A stretch of 64,000 bases of DNA from assembly GCA_019240405.1 (NCBI GenBank), contig JAFAYL010000023.1, forward strand, positions 34,498 to 98,497. Reading direction: 5' to 3'. Origin of the DNA: Acidobacteriaceae bacterium (GTDB lineage: Bacteria; Acidobacteriota; Terriglobia; Bryobacterales; Bryobacteraceae). Below, in pieces: positions 41,364 to 53,236 of this stretch. The stretch's first letter is position 1, and the number at the start of each line of letters is the position of its first letter. Made by a program: the position numbers and the translations under genes. The notes under the pieces are model-generated. The model did no database searches, was not told the origin of the DNA, and worked only from the letters and a program-made list of their open reading frames with translations.

Positions 41364-42041
41364 TTAGAGGCATTCGAGAAGGGCCGGAGTATAGAAGCGG
41401 CGCTCTACGTGTTCCTCCATGCGGCGGATAAGAAATCGCCGCAAATCAAGAGCCGTTTCCTTGTTCCAGGGATGCAATGGAAGCTCGGCGATATGGCTGC
41501 GAAGCATTACGCCTGCTAAATCTCGTGAGAAAGTGGAGAGCGCTCGATCAGGGTGATTTGTGAGATCGGGAAGAAAGCCAGAAAGCCGCGTGGCCCAAAG
41601 CGAAAAATAGGTAATCGCAGTCCAAACGCTTCCGGCAGCACGGCGATGCATATATCCGAGAACGGTTGTGAGTAACCGAAAGAAAATTTCATTCGGCTCG
41701 TTCGCAGGGAGCATGTGATCACTCACTTCGGCAACATAGTCGAGCGCTACCCCGGCTTCAAAATCCGAGAGTAAATCAAATTGCGATTGCAACAAATCGC
41801 AGGAGTTCACATTCACCAGCTCGCGTGTCTCTTTTTGTGAGTAGGATAAATTGACCAATGAGAGCCGCTCGAGTCCGGATCCGAAGCTGCTTTTCGGTTT
41901 TCGTGCCCGCCTTGCTACCCCGCGCAATTTGCCCTGATCGCGAGTAAAGAAACTGACAATCAAATCCGATTCGCGAAAAGGGTAGGTTCGCAGAATGTAG
42001 GTTTCACTCACCCGGGCCGGCATAGCTGAATCATTGACCAC
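41364..42041 (-). CDS. recO: DNA repair protein RecO
   Basis: The OB-fold N-terminus [34 protein letters not shown], 225 aa. The start may be the internal MPARV. Confidence 0.8.
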   Translation of the reverse strand: MVNDSAMPARVSETYILRTYPFRESDLIVSFFTRDQGKLRGVARRARKPKSSFGSGLERLSLVNLSYSQKETRELVNVNSCDLLQSQFDLLSDFEAGVALDYVAEVSDHMLPANEPNEIFFRLLTTVLGYMHRRAAGSVWTAITYFSLWATRLSGFLPDLTNHPDRALSTFSRDLAGVMLRSHIAELPLHPWNKETALDLRRFLIRRMEEHVERRFYTPALLECL

Positions 42042-42183
42042 GCACAGATGCTGCGGGCAAGCTGTACGCTGGGTCCGGCGCTAAGCAAGTTTGCAGCCGG
42101 TAGAATTCTCAGAGTAACAAAAGAGCCTTTACCGCTCGCCGGGGCATTGCACAGATAATGAGAGCTGACCGAGGTATAAAGGC

Positions 42184-42838
42184 GTGGAATCTCTAAACTT
42201 CTTCCATCGTAGACACTTTCTGCAATGCACGACAGCTTTCGGGGCGGCCACTTCTGGGCTGACTCTTGTTCCAATAGCAGAAGCGGCTATGGAAGCCGGA
42301 GTTAACATCATCGGACCAAAGGAAGGATATTCTCCTCAAATCGGGACTCTGGTATCGATGATGACTTGGATGAGAATGGTTGTCCTGATGTCGGTAAAGG
42401 GCATGAATCAAGAGGACCTCGATTTCCTCCTCGACAACAAAGCCAACAGGATCGGCGCTCTGCTTCTCCACCTAGCAGCTACCGATGTGTATTAACCACA
42501 TCCATACATTCGAAGGGAAACCATGGGACAGTTGGGGCGAGGAAGTGAAACGGAAGTGGGACATACCGATGGGCCTCGGCGAGCCAGCACGGAATACGAT
42601 CAAAGGTCATGATCTGACCTATTATCTAAACATCTTGGAGGAAACGCGAAACAGAACTCTGGCTGAGTGTCGAAAGCGGGATGACCAATGGCTGATGGTG
42701 GTGGATAGACACTGGGGATGGGATCCCACGAATAATTACTGCAAGTGGTTCCACGTGTGCGAACACGAATCAAATCACAATGGGCAGATCAAGTTTTTGA
42801 AGAGCCGGATCCCGGGAGCGAAGGTGGAAAACGGGTGA
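42184..42838 (+). pseudogene. Tat-exported DinB-family (DinB_2-like) protein interrupted by a +1 frameshift near 42493-42495
   Basis: ORF 42184..42495 has a Tat signal (HRRHFLQCTTAFGAATSGL) and the first His (LLLHLAATDVY). ORF 42485..42838 in the next frame carries the rest (WFHVCEHESNHNGQI). Removing one A from TATTAACC restores ...DVYYHIHTFEGK. Confidence 0.65.
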
Positions 42839-44073
42839 AAGGGAGCGCAGCCAACTTTGCTCTCACATTGCCGGTTGCGCTTTGGATTGCGACTCTACCG
42901 GAATTCATAACTGCTCAAGAGCATTCACCTCACCTGCTCCTGACAGCACAACGGCTCAAGCGGTTGCAGCATGACCGGGAGCGTCAAACGGTTCGTTGGT
43001 TGAATTTCGAAAATCGCGTGACTACGGTGCCAGATTCGCTGGAACGGGGCTTCGAGTTGGCTCTTTATTACCTGGTGACGCGGGACCAGAAACGCGGCCG
43101 GGAAGCCATTCAGTGGGCCCTTGATCATCCATGTGAACTGCGCCAGATTGCGTTAATTGTTAACTGGTGCGACCCGCTAGTCTCTGACGAAGAGCGGCGA
43201 AAACTGAGATCAAACCGATGCGAGCGTGCGGCGCGCGATGGACGCGCAATCGCGACGATTCGCGATGATTTATTCCTTCGAATCGTGTGGGGAGAAGAGT
43301 TACCCGGACCTCATACAGGGAAGCAGCTCGAACAATTCGGGTTAACAGATGCTCGCAACCTCTTGGCCGCTTGTGAGTACATTGCTACAGTGCGCCGAGG
43401 TCAAGGGATAGATATGCGCCAGGATGATGCCCCTTTCTTTCGGAGGCTTCCGGCTGAGTTTCTGCTGGCCATGAAACCGGCGGAACTCGAAAATCCGAAA
43501 TGGGAGCAGGCCGCGGCGGCTCTTGCGCTGGTGTCACTCGATCCGAATCTAGATAGCTCCCAATTCCTCCAAGGATGGGCGATGGAGGACCGGCAAATGA
43601 TTCGAGAGGGGCCGGGGGTGGCGTATGAGCTGTTGTGGGGCGATCCCTATCTACCGGGAGTGAGCTATCGAAACCTTGATCCGTGGATATATGACCCCGC
43701 GGGATTATTGTATGCACGTACTGATTGGAATCGCGATGCATGCTGGATCAGCATTTCGCCTAATAGAACTGAAGATGCGAATTGCCCGCCAGCTTGGCGG
43801 GAACATCCTCAGACGTTCGGGAGCATGACGTTGATTCCCGTTACCACGCAGTGCATTGATGTGCCTCAGGTGAAGGGAAGGGAAGCGGCGATCCTGTCGG
43901 GATTAAACCCTCATGAAGCGGTTAGCTATCTGAACGGCAAGAAGCGGGTTTCGAGTGAGGCCGATGCGGCTGGTTTATGGGTTCTGCCAGGCTATATCGA
44001 AGGGAAAGTTTGCCGTCTTATGATGAGGAGCGATTCCGTTCCCTCCCTTGCTACACTGGGGCTTCCGAGATGA
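42835..44073 (+). CDS. hypothetical secreted protein (412 aa)
   Basis: GTG start in a GTGA overlap with the DinB-like stop. Signal-like [21 protein letters not shown]. The helical N-terminal half has no confident family call. Its stop overlaps the efp ATG (ATGA). Confidence 0.55.
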   Translation: MKGSAANFALTLPVALWIATLPEFITAQEHSPHLLLTAQRLKRLQHDRERQTVRWLNFENRVTTVPDSLERGFELALYYLVTRDQKRGREAIQWALDHPCELRQIALIVNWCDPLVSDEERRKLRSNRCERAARDGRAIATIRDDLFLRIVWGEELPGPHTGKQLEQFGLTDARNLLAACEYIATVRRGQGIDMRQDDAPFFRRLPAEFLLAMKPAELENPKWEQAAAALALVSLDPNLDSSQFLQGWAMEDRQMIREGPGVAYELLWGDPYLPGVSYRNLDPWIYDPAGLLYARTDWNRDACWISISPNRTEDANCPPAWREHPQTFGSMTLIPVTTQCIDVPQVKGREAAILSGLNPHEAVSYLNGKKRVSSEADAAGLWVLPGYIEGKVCRLMMRSDSVPSLATLGLPR

Positions 44074-44627
44074 TTGCAGCAACACAATTGCGCCCCGGCA
44101 TGGTGGTGAAGTTCAACAACGACCTTTACTCCGTATTCAGTATGGTTCACAGGACGCCTGGCAACCTGCGTGGCTTTGTTCAAGCTAAAATGCGGAGTTT
44201 GCGGTCTGGCTCGATGATCGAGCATCGCTTCTCGTCTGAAGACCGAGTAGAGCGCGTGGCTCTCGATGAACACGAAATGGAGTATTTGTACGACGATGGC
44301 GAATACTTTTATTTCATGAACACTGAGAACTATGAGCAAATGCACTTAACCAAGGACATGCTCGGTGATGGAGTGATGTACCTGATCCCGCAGCTTAGAG
44401 TTAACGTGGAATTTTATGAAGGCAAGCCCATCAGCGTCGAGTTACCGCCGAGCGTCGAGATGACGGTAATGGAAACGGAGCCGGGATTGAAAGGCGCTAC
44501 CGTGTCGAACGTTACCAAACCGGCGAAATTGGAAACGGGATTGGTGGTCCAGGTACCGCCGTTCATAAATCAAGGCGAACGCATCCGCGTAAGTACATCA
44601 GAGGGGACCTATCAGGAGAGGGCCTAG
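44070..44627 (+). CDS. efp: elongation factor P
   Basis: The 185-aa protein starts [20 protein letters not shown], has the loop [21 protein letters not shown], and a C-terminal OB domain ([21 protein letters not shown]). The track start at 43977 lies inside the upstream gene. Confidence 0.9.
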   Translation: MIAATQLRPGMVVKFNNDLYSVFSMVHRTPGNLRGFVQAKMRSLRSGSMIEHRFSSEDRVERVALDEHEMEYLYDDGEYFYFMNTENYEQMHLTKDMLGDGVMYLIPQLRVNVEFYEGKPISVELPPSVEMTVMETEPGLKGATVSNVTKPAKLETGLVVQVPPFINQGERIRVSTSEGTYQERA

Positions 44628-45382
44628 GCTACTGCGCTAGAAGATACTTGGCTTTTTAGCGAGCAAGTGATTCCGAGCCGTTTGTACAGTTCGGCGGAAC
44701 CGCTGTGGGTGAGGCGCACGGCTCGTGTTCTGGAATTTGTAGCTAGCCAACCGATCTCCTTCAAGCGTGCGAACAGCGCCATTCCAAGTGGCCCTCCGAG
44801 ATGGTGGCGCCGCTCCGTCCAATCGAGGCAAGCGCGGCCCTCGCTCTTTGCTCGAGTACGTTGGGGAATTCGTACTCCGACTTCACGGCACCATTCGCGG
44901 CCCTCACCGGTAAGCGAATATGCCTTGCTCGCGATGGGAACTGTAAATCGCTTTTCGAGTAAAGCCTTATTGATCTCGATTGCGAGGCGGCCTGCTAGAT
45001 GTTTATAGCAGCTTCGCGCGAAACGAAGTTCCCTGATTGCTTCTGACTCGCGGCGGGCTATCGAGCGAGCGGTGACCTGTTCTCGCACGGGCACGAGCGC
45101 GGCTAGGGATTCGAGCGCGGAAGCAACCGTGTCGTTCGCCAGCCGGTAATAGCTGTACTTCCCCTGTCGTTCCACGGTGATGAGCAATGCCTGGAGCAAC
45201 TTGCTCAGGTGAAAACTCGCTGTCTGTGGCGCAACGTTTCCGATAAATGCAAGTTCTCCGGCCGGTAAGGCGCGGCCATCGATTAGCGCTGCAAGAATGC
45301 TGGCGCGAACAGGATCTCCGATTAAAGCGGCCATCGATGCGATATCCGGTCCCATGTCCATGCTTCGATCGTACGCCGACAT
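44624..45382 (-). CDS. ArsR/SmtB-family winged-helix transcriptional regulator with C-terminal extension
   Basis: [61 protein letters not shown] matches the ArsR-type HTH. Confidence 0.8.
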   Translation of the reverse strand: MSAYDRSMDMGPDIASMAALIGDPVRASILAALIDGRALPAGELAFIGNVAPQTASFHLSKLLQALLITVERQGKYSYYRLANDTVASALESLAALVPVREQVTARSIARRESEAIRELRFARSCYKHLAGRLAIEINKALLEKRFTVPIASKAYSLTGEGREWCREVGVRIPQRTRAKSEGRACLDWTERRHHLGGPLGMALFARLKEIGWLATNSRTRAVRLTHSGSAELYKRLGITCSLKSQVSSSAVA

Positions 45383-45391
45383 TTTTGAAAA

Positions 45392-45413
45392 CAGTTCGAT
45401 CGTAATCGAACTG
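45392..45413. promoter_or_regulatory. perfect 9-4-9 inverted repeat, candidate operator in the divergent ArsR / NIPSNAP-protoglobin promoter region
   Basis: CAGTTCGAT-cgta-ATCGAACTG, 10 nt upstream of the regulator ATG (45382) and 50 nt upstream of the NIPSNAP ATG (45463). The decamer TTCGATCGTA recurs at 45364-45373. Confidence 0.5.
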
Positions 45414-45462
45414 AAAGGCGCTTTGTCCGATTAGCCTGAAAAAGAACGAAGGGAACCACTCT

Positions 45463-45780
45463 ATGCTGACGCTTTGTATTAAGTACAAACTTGACTCCCA
45501 CAAGCTTTCCGAATTCGAAGGATACGCAAGAAACTGGCCGGCGCCTATTGAGCGTTGCGGCGGCAAGTTAGTCGGCTATTTCCTACCGACGAAACTCGCC
45601 GGGCGAACAGATGAAGGGCTCGCACTGATCAATTTCCCGAGCCTTGCCGCGTATGAGCAGTATCGCGAGCAATTGATGAACGATCCCGACGCGAAGGCGA
45701 ATGTCGCGCGAGCCGATAACTCAGGATGCATTCTTGTTGAAGATCGTTCTATTCTTCAGCCAGTCGGGATGGAAGCATGA
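45463..45780 (+). CDS. NIPSNAP-family protein
   Basis: The 105-aa protein has a dimeric alpha-beta-barrel pattern (LTLCIKYKL...GKLVGYFLPT...LALINFPSLAAYEQYREQLMNDPD). Confidence 0.7.
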   Translation: MLTLCIKYKLDSHKLSEFEGYARNWPAPIERCGGKLVGYFLPTKLAGRTDEGLALINFPSLAAYEQYREQLMNDPDAKANVARADNSGCILVEDRSILQPVGMEA

Positions 45781-46376
45781 AACAAAACCGAACGCAGGCG
45801 ATACCGGGGTATGACTACGGTGAGGCGACGGTTGCCGCGTCGCCGGTGACCATTGAAGAATTACGGCGCCTTGAAGAGACGGTGGGATGGACTGAGGACG
45901 ATGCGAGATGGCTTCGCGCGGCCGCCGAAACTCTGGTGCCACAATCTGAACGCATGGTGGACGCATGGCGGGCCAAGATCGGCCGGCAGCCGCATTTGAG
46001 TAGGTGGTTTGCGAAGGCGGATGGCACTCCAGATGATGCGTATAAGGCAGCGGTCAAGTGCCGATTCGTTCGGTGGGTTTCGGACATTTGTCTGCGCCCC
46101 CATGATCAGGACTGGCTGAATTACCAGGAAGAAATCGGCCTCCGGCACACGCCCGCCAAGAAGAACCAGACCGATGGCGGTCAGACGCCATCCGTGGTTC
46201 CGCTGCGCTACTTGATCGCGTTCGCGTCTGTCGTGATCACGAGCGTCCGATCTTTTCTCGACTCGAGTGACCGGAGCGAGGAAGAGTTGAAGGCCATCGA
46301 AACTGCGTGGATGCGGGCAGTTCTGCTCAGTATTGCGTTGTGGGCACGGCCCTATGCTTCTGAGGAGTTGTGGTAG
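45777..46376 (+). CDS. single-domain protoglobin
   Basis: IPGYDYGE, DGTPDDAYKAAVKCRFVRW, WLNYQEEIGLRH..KKNQTD and ALWARPY align, from memory, along the whole length of Methanosarcina acetivorans protoglobin (IPGYTYGE, DGTPNEKYLAAVRKRFSRW, WLDYQYEIGLRHH.TKKNQTD, ALWSYPY). ATGA overlap with the NIPSNAP gene. Confidence 0.8.
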   Translation: MKQNRTQAIPGYDYGEATVAASPVTIEELRRLEETVGWTEDDARWLRAAAETLVPQSERMVDAWRAKIGRQPHLSRWFAKADGTPDDAYKAAVKCRFVRWVSDICLRPHDQDWLNYQEEIGLRHTPAKKNQTDGGQTPSVVPLRYLIAFASVVITSVRSFLDSSDRSEEELKAIETAWMRAVLLSIALWARPYASEELW

Positions 46377-46389
46377 TTGTCGCCCCCCG

Positions 46390-47280
46390 CTATCCCTTCG
46401 GTGTGACCTCGAAAAATGTGCTCAGGTACTTATAGCTTTTTTGCAGACTAGCGATCGGGTCGCCCGGAGTTTCATCTTGCTCAACGAAGTAATGCCTCAC
46501 GCCCGAAGCATCCGCAGCGCTGAGTACGCCGGGTATATCGATGGACCCGCTCCCGACTTCTTTGAAGGCGTTCTTCGGCACATTTTCGTTGTACTGCGCC
46601 CCGCCCCCACGAGCTTTATCTTTCAGGTGAAGCAGACGGACGCGGCCTGAGTATTGCTTTAACAAAGCAATCGGATCATGGCCCGCAACGGTGACCCAAA
46701 ATATGTCGATCTCGAGATGCACTAAATCTTTTTGCGTCTCGCTCATCAAGATGTCGAGCCCTGTAGTACCGTTGAGCGGCTGGAATTCGAAGGCATGGTT
46801 GTGATAGCACAAAGTCAGCCCTCTTGCGTTCGCTTGCTGGCCCGCCTGGTTTAAGGTCGAAGCAAGTCGTTTGAAAACGTCTGCTCCGCCGCGATTTTTA
46901 GGGTCGACGTACGGAAGAACAACGTATTCGAAGCCGCGTTGCTTCATGTCGTCCATAATCTTCTCTAGTTGGCTACCTCCTTCCATGAACTTCGCCGTTT
47001 GAATGTGAACGCTTACTGGCGTCAGTTTGGTTTGTCTCAGGGCGGACCAGATCTGATCGAGGTTGTCGCTGGTGGCCTCGACTTCGGTGTAGCCAATATC
47101 CTGTATCGCTTTGAGCGTCGCAGCGGGATTTTTCGTAATGATGTTTCGGACTGTGTAGAGCTGAACTCCGAGATTATTCGGCCCGAGTTTTTCTGTAGCG
47201 GCAAGGACGTGAGCGGCCGGGAGCAGCGCGGCCGTTTGCGCGAGAAATCTGCGGCGGGATGAGGCAAACATGCTTTCCAT
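46390..47280 (-). CDS. Tat-signal sugar phosphate isomerase/epimerase (xylose isomerase-like TIM barrel)
   Basis: SRRRFLAQTAALLPAAHVLA Tat signal. TIM-barrel pattern with YHNH, D.FW and HLKD motifs. Confidence 0.7.
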   Translation of the reverse strand: MESMFASSRRRFLAQTAALLPAAHVLAATEKLGPNNLGVQLYTVRNIITKNPAATLKAIQDIGYTEVEATSDNLDQIWSALRQTKLTPVSVHIQTAKFMEGGSQLEKIMDDMKQRGFEYVVLPYVDPKNRGGADVFKRLASTLNQAGQQANARGLTLCYHNHAFEFQPLNGTTGLDILMSETQKDLVHLEIDIFWVTVAGHDPIALLKQYSGRVRLLHLKDKARGGGAQYNENVPKNAFKEVGSGSIDIPGVLSAADASGVRHYFVEQDETPGDPIASLQKSYKYLSTFFEVTPKG

Positions 47281-47331
47281 ACTATCGATTTCAACTTCTC
47301 GCCGAACTTTGCCGGTTTGCAGAAGCCCGCT

Positions 47332-49958
<2,627 letters not shown>

Positions 49959-49963
49959 CTATA

Positions 49964-50944
49964 ATGGTGAAGTTGTCGTTCCACGCGAAACGCGTAGCAC
50001 TCATTTACAATCCGGCCGCGCGAGGATTACTGCGGCGGCCGCATCTGCTCCAACGTAGCATCGCTGTCTTGGAGGGTCAGGGACTCGAACCGAATCTAAT
50101 CGCCACAACGGGTCCGGGAAGCGCAGCCGGCCAGGCGCGGCAAGAGATCGACGATGGCTGCGATCTGATCGTCGTCGCGGGAGGGGATGGGACGATTAAC
50201 GATGCGGCGAATGGGATGCTTGATACCGACGTGCCGCTCGCCATTATCCCCGGCGGCACGGCGAACGTACTCGCTAAAGAGCTCGGGCTTCCGCTGCATG
50301 CGGTGAGAGCTGCATCGGAAATTTCAAGACTAAAATCGTGCCGGATTGCCGCGGGCCTGCTGCGCGCAAAGGGTCCCGGGCGTCGCTGCTTTTTATGCAT
50401 GGCGGGAGCTGGTCTTGACGCCGAGATCATTTACCGTCTTGATCTGCATCTTAAAGCCGCAGCAGGAAAGTTTGCATACTACGCCGGTGGGCTCGGACAG
50501 GTCTTGCGGCCGCTCCGGGAATTTGAAGTGAAGGTTGACGGAAAAAAATTCGAAGCCAGCTTCGTATTGATCAGCCGGGTCCGCAACTATGGCGGCGACT
50601 TAGAAATTGCCCGGAATGCGTCTTTGCTGCGCGACGATTTCGAAGTAGTGCTGTTCCGCGGCAAGTTCGGCGCTCAATACTTGCGTTATCTTGCCGGGGT
50701 GTTGCTGCGGAGCGCGCATCGCATGAAGGGCTGCACGGTGCTGCGGGCAGACTCCGTCACCTGCGAACAGCCGCAAGGCCCCGCTGTGTTTGTTCAAATG
50801 GATGGTGAACTGGCCGGTGAGCTGCCGATTAGCGCGGAGGTCATGGCTGACGCACTCACTCTACTCGTTCCAGGGAAATTTCTGGAGCGCGAACAGGCGC
50901 ACGCAGCGGTTCCGGTTTATGCCCGCGCCCCTCGAACCACCTGA
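49964..50944 (+). CDS. diacylglycerol-kinase-family lipid kinase (YegS/BmrU-like)
   Basis: RVALIYNPAARG, VVAGGDGTINDAANG and LAIIPGGTANV. ATG at 49964 preferred, because the track start at 49748 is antisense to ligA. Confidence 0.8.
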   Translation: MVKLSFHAKRVALIYNPAARGLLRRPHLLQRSIAVLEGQGLEPNLIATTGPGSAAGQARQEIDDGCDLIVVAGGDGTINDAANGMLDTDVPLAIIPGGTANVLAKELGLPLHAVRAASEISRLKSCRIAAGLLRAKGPGRRCFLCMAGAGLDAEIIYRLDLHLKAAAGKFAYYAGGLGQVLRPLREFEVKVDGKKFEASFVLISRVRNYGGDLEIARNASLLRDDFEVVLFRGKFGAQYLRYLAGVLLRSAHRMKGCTVLRADSVTCEQPQGPAVFVQMDGELAGELPISAEVMADALTLLVPGKFLEREQAHAAVPVYARAPRTT

Positions 50945-50953
50945 TCGTTCGAG

Positions 50954-51958
50954 ATGGATAATCTTACGCATTCCCTAACGGGACTGGCGCTTGCCCGGTC
51001 GGGATTGAATCGTTATTGCCCTCACGCCAGCCTGCTGATGATTCTTTCCGCCAACGCGCCTGATTTAGACATCGTCGGACTTCGTGGCGGCCAGCTTCGT
51101 TATTTCGAATGGCACCGCGGATACTCGCATTCTGTTTCGTGTCTTCCGTTCTTAGCTCTGTTGCCGGTTTTCGTAGTGGCGCTTATTTACCGCCGAAAAT
51201 TGCCTTGGACGAAGGCTTGGCTCTTGTGTTGCCTTGGAATTGGCAGTCATCTGATGATGGATTGGACGAACAGTTATGGCGTTCGCTTGCTGCTCCCGTT
51301 TTCTTCGCGGTGGTTTTCTCTTGACCTGAATGGTTTATACGATGCATGGATCTTGGCGGTGTTGGCGTTTGCCGCGCTTTGGCCTGCTTTTGCACGTCTC
51401 GTGAGCGGTGAAATTGGCGCGCGTTTTTCCGGCGGCCGCGGGACAGCAATTTTTGCGCTCGTGTTCTTTGTCCTGTTTGACCTCTCACGTTTATTGCTGC
51501 ATCAGCGCGCAATTGCACAGATCGAAGCCAGACTGTACGAAAATTCGCCGCCCGTTAAAACAGCCGCCCTCCCGGAATCGTTCAACCCGTTCCGGTGGAC
51601 GGGTGTGGTAGAGACATCTAACCAATACCGGTTGCTGACTGTGAATTCGTTCGGCAACATTGATTTGGAGGAAGGTGCGATTTTCTACAAACCTGCGGCA
51701 CGCGATAGCATTTACAACGCGAAGCAGACTGAGCCGTTTCGATATTTTCTTTACTTCTCACGTTTTCCTGTTTGGTCGGAGCTCCCATTCGCTAAGGGTG
51801 AACAAATGGGAATCAAAATCGATTTGACAGACCTGCGATTCGGAACTCCTTGGGCGGGATCGTTTCATTGCAACGCGATCGAGAACAGCAGAAACCACGT
51901 ATTGCGCTCCTGGTTCACTTACGGAGCGGACTCAGACCTCGGGCAAGGCGCGAGATAA
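50954..51958 (+). CDS. YdjM-type membrane-bound metal-dependent hydrolase with C-terminal extension
   Basis: MDNLTHSLTGLALARSGL start, several TM helices with conserved His (HRGYSHS, GSHLMMDW). Confidence 0.7.
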   Translation: MDNLTHSLTGLALARSGLNRYCPHASLLMILSANAPDLDIVGLRGGQLRYFEWHRGYSHSVSCLPFLALLPVFVVALIYRRKLPWTKAWLLCCLGIGSHLMMDWTNSYGVRLLLPFSSRWFSLDLNGLYDAWILAVLAFAALWPAFARLVSGEIGARFSGGRGTAIFALVFFVLFDLSRLLLHQRAIAQIEARLYENSPPVKTAALPESFNPFRWTGVVETSNQYRLLTVNSFGNIDLEEGAIFYKPAARDSIYNAKQTEPFRYFLYFSRFPVWSELPFAKGEQMGIKIDLTDLRFGTPWAGSFHCNAIENSRNHVLRSWFTYGADSDLGQGAR

Positions 51959-52092
51959 TGACGCGTCTACGAGGTTCGGCTCGGTCTCGGCAACGGCCCG
52001 CCAGTCTGTCGCTCGGGTAGTCGAGTAGCTGCGCAAGGTCAACCTCAAGCTCGCTCTAATGACCGCAGAGAATCGATTGCGATTTAGGGCGA

Positions 52093-52848
52093 TTAAGAAC
52101 AACGGAGCGGCCCGGCCTGGCACGTGAGAGTCGTCTCGTTGCAGAAGTCGACTTCTCTGTCCTTCCTAAAAATCGCCCAAAGCGATCTGTTTTCCTCTTG
52201 AACAGAGATCCACCCGACTTCAATTCCGAACAAGAGCACGTAAAGTAACTCTTCGTGAGAGTAAAAAACGTGCCAGTGTCCAACTTCATTCCGAATCTGC
52301 CTAAGGCACTCTTGCTTTAAAGGAAATAGACGCAAGTGATCAGGCAGAAGCGAATGGGACACAAAATGGAGATCTGCGAAGCCTGCCCGCTTGAGGACGC
52401 GGGCTATCTCAAACAACAAGTTATATGCATACGCTTTGGGAATGTGTTGAATCGTCGCGGCGGAATAGACGAAATCGAAAGAGTTATCCTCGTACGGAAT
52501 CTCAACGCCGTCGTAAAGGCGGAAATCCAGCGCTGTCGTCTCCACTCCGTCGCGAGCAAGCCTTCGTTTCGCGTTTTCAATCATAGACGCAGATACATCC
52601 AAGCCAACGACCGTCGATGGATTCAGTTTCTGAACCGCAGCTTCCATGATGTAGCCGAGTCCGCTTCCGATCTCCATAACGCGTCCGCCCGGCCCTGGCA
52701 GACTCCACGGAAAGAGCCTCGCAAACGTGTTTACGTATGCCTGAGCTCGCGTGCGCAACCTTTCTTTTGGCACGCCGTCGTGAATGCGGTTCTCGACGGA
52801 TTCCAATGATTCCGCTGGATCCTCCCACGTCGCAAAGGCGGGATGCAT
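52093..52848 (-). CDS. class I SAM-dependent methyltransferase
   Basis: Motif I VMEIGSGLGY, followed by acidic GLDVS and a later FDFVYS. Confidence 0.75.
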   Translation of the reverse strand: MHPAFATWEDPAESLESVENRIHDGVPKERLRTRAQAYVNTFARLFPWSLPGPGGRVMEIGSGLGYIMEAAVQKLNPSTVVGLDVSASMIENAKRRLARDGVETTALDFRLYDGVEIPYEDNSFDFVYSAATIQHIPKAYAYNLLFEIARVLKRAGFADLHFVSHSLLPDHLRLFPLKQECLRQIRNEVGHWHVFYSHEELLYVLLFGIEVGWISVQEENRSLWAIFRKDREVDFCNETTLTCQAGPLRCS

Positions 52849-52849
52849 A

Positions 52850-53236
52850 TCACGCTTGATGCGGGCGTTTGTAGTAATACTTGTTACCCTCGAATACCCC
52901 GGCAGAGTCGGGCGGCAGATCAGTCGCGCGCCAGTAATGCGTGACTAGACTCTTCCGAGTTCGCGTCTTGTCGAGGATCGTGATGCCGCCGTGGAGTAGC
53001 TGAGCGTGCCAGAGCAACGTATCGCCCGCCGAGCCCAAAAAGGCCGATTTATGTAAGCCTCGACCGGCTATTTCGCAATCGAGATATTCGCGACACGAGT
53101 CGCCCCCGCCGTGCAGAAGCGCAGAGCAACCGTCGCCTGCTGCTGTATTCTCAGAAGTGGTATTTATGACGCACGTTCGCACGGCCTTACCTGCATTGCT
53201 GATTACTAGCGCGCTCTTTGCCGCCGCTTCATACAA
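52850..53236 (-). pseudogene. PhyH (phytanoyl-CoA dioxygenase)-like C-terminal fragment, 5'-truncated
   Basis: AGDTLLWHAQLLHGGITILDKTRTRKSLVTHYW matches the distal-His/Arg end of the Fe(II)/2OG PhyH fold. No upstream HxD is present. There is an in-frame stop at 53279-53281, and the 5' 80 nt overlap the divergent propeller gene. Confidence 0.35.
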
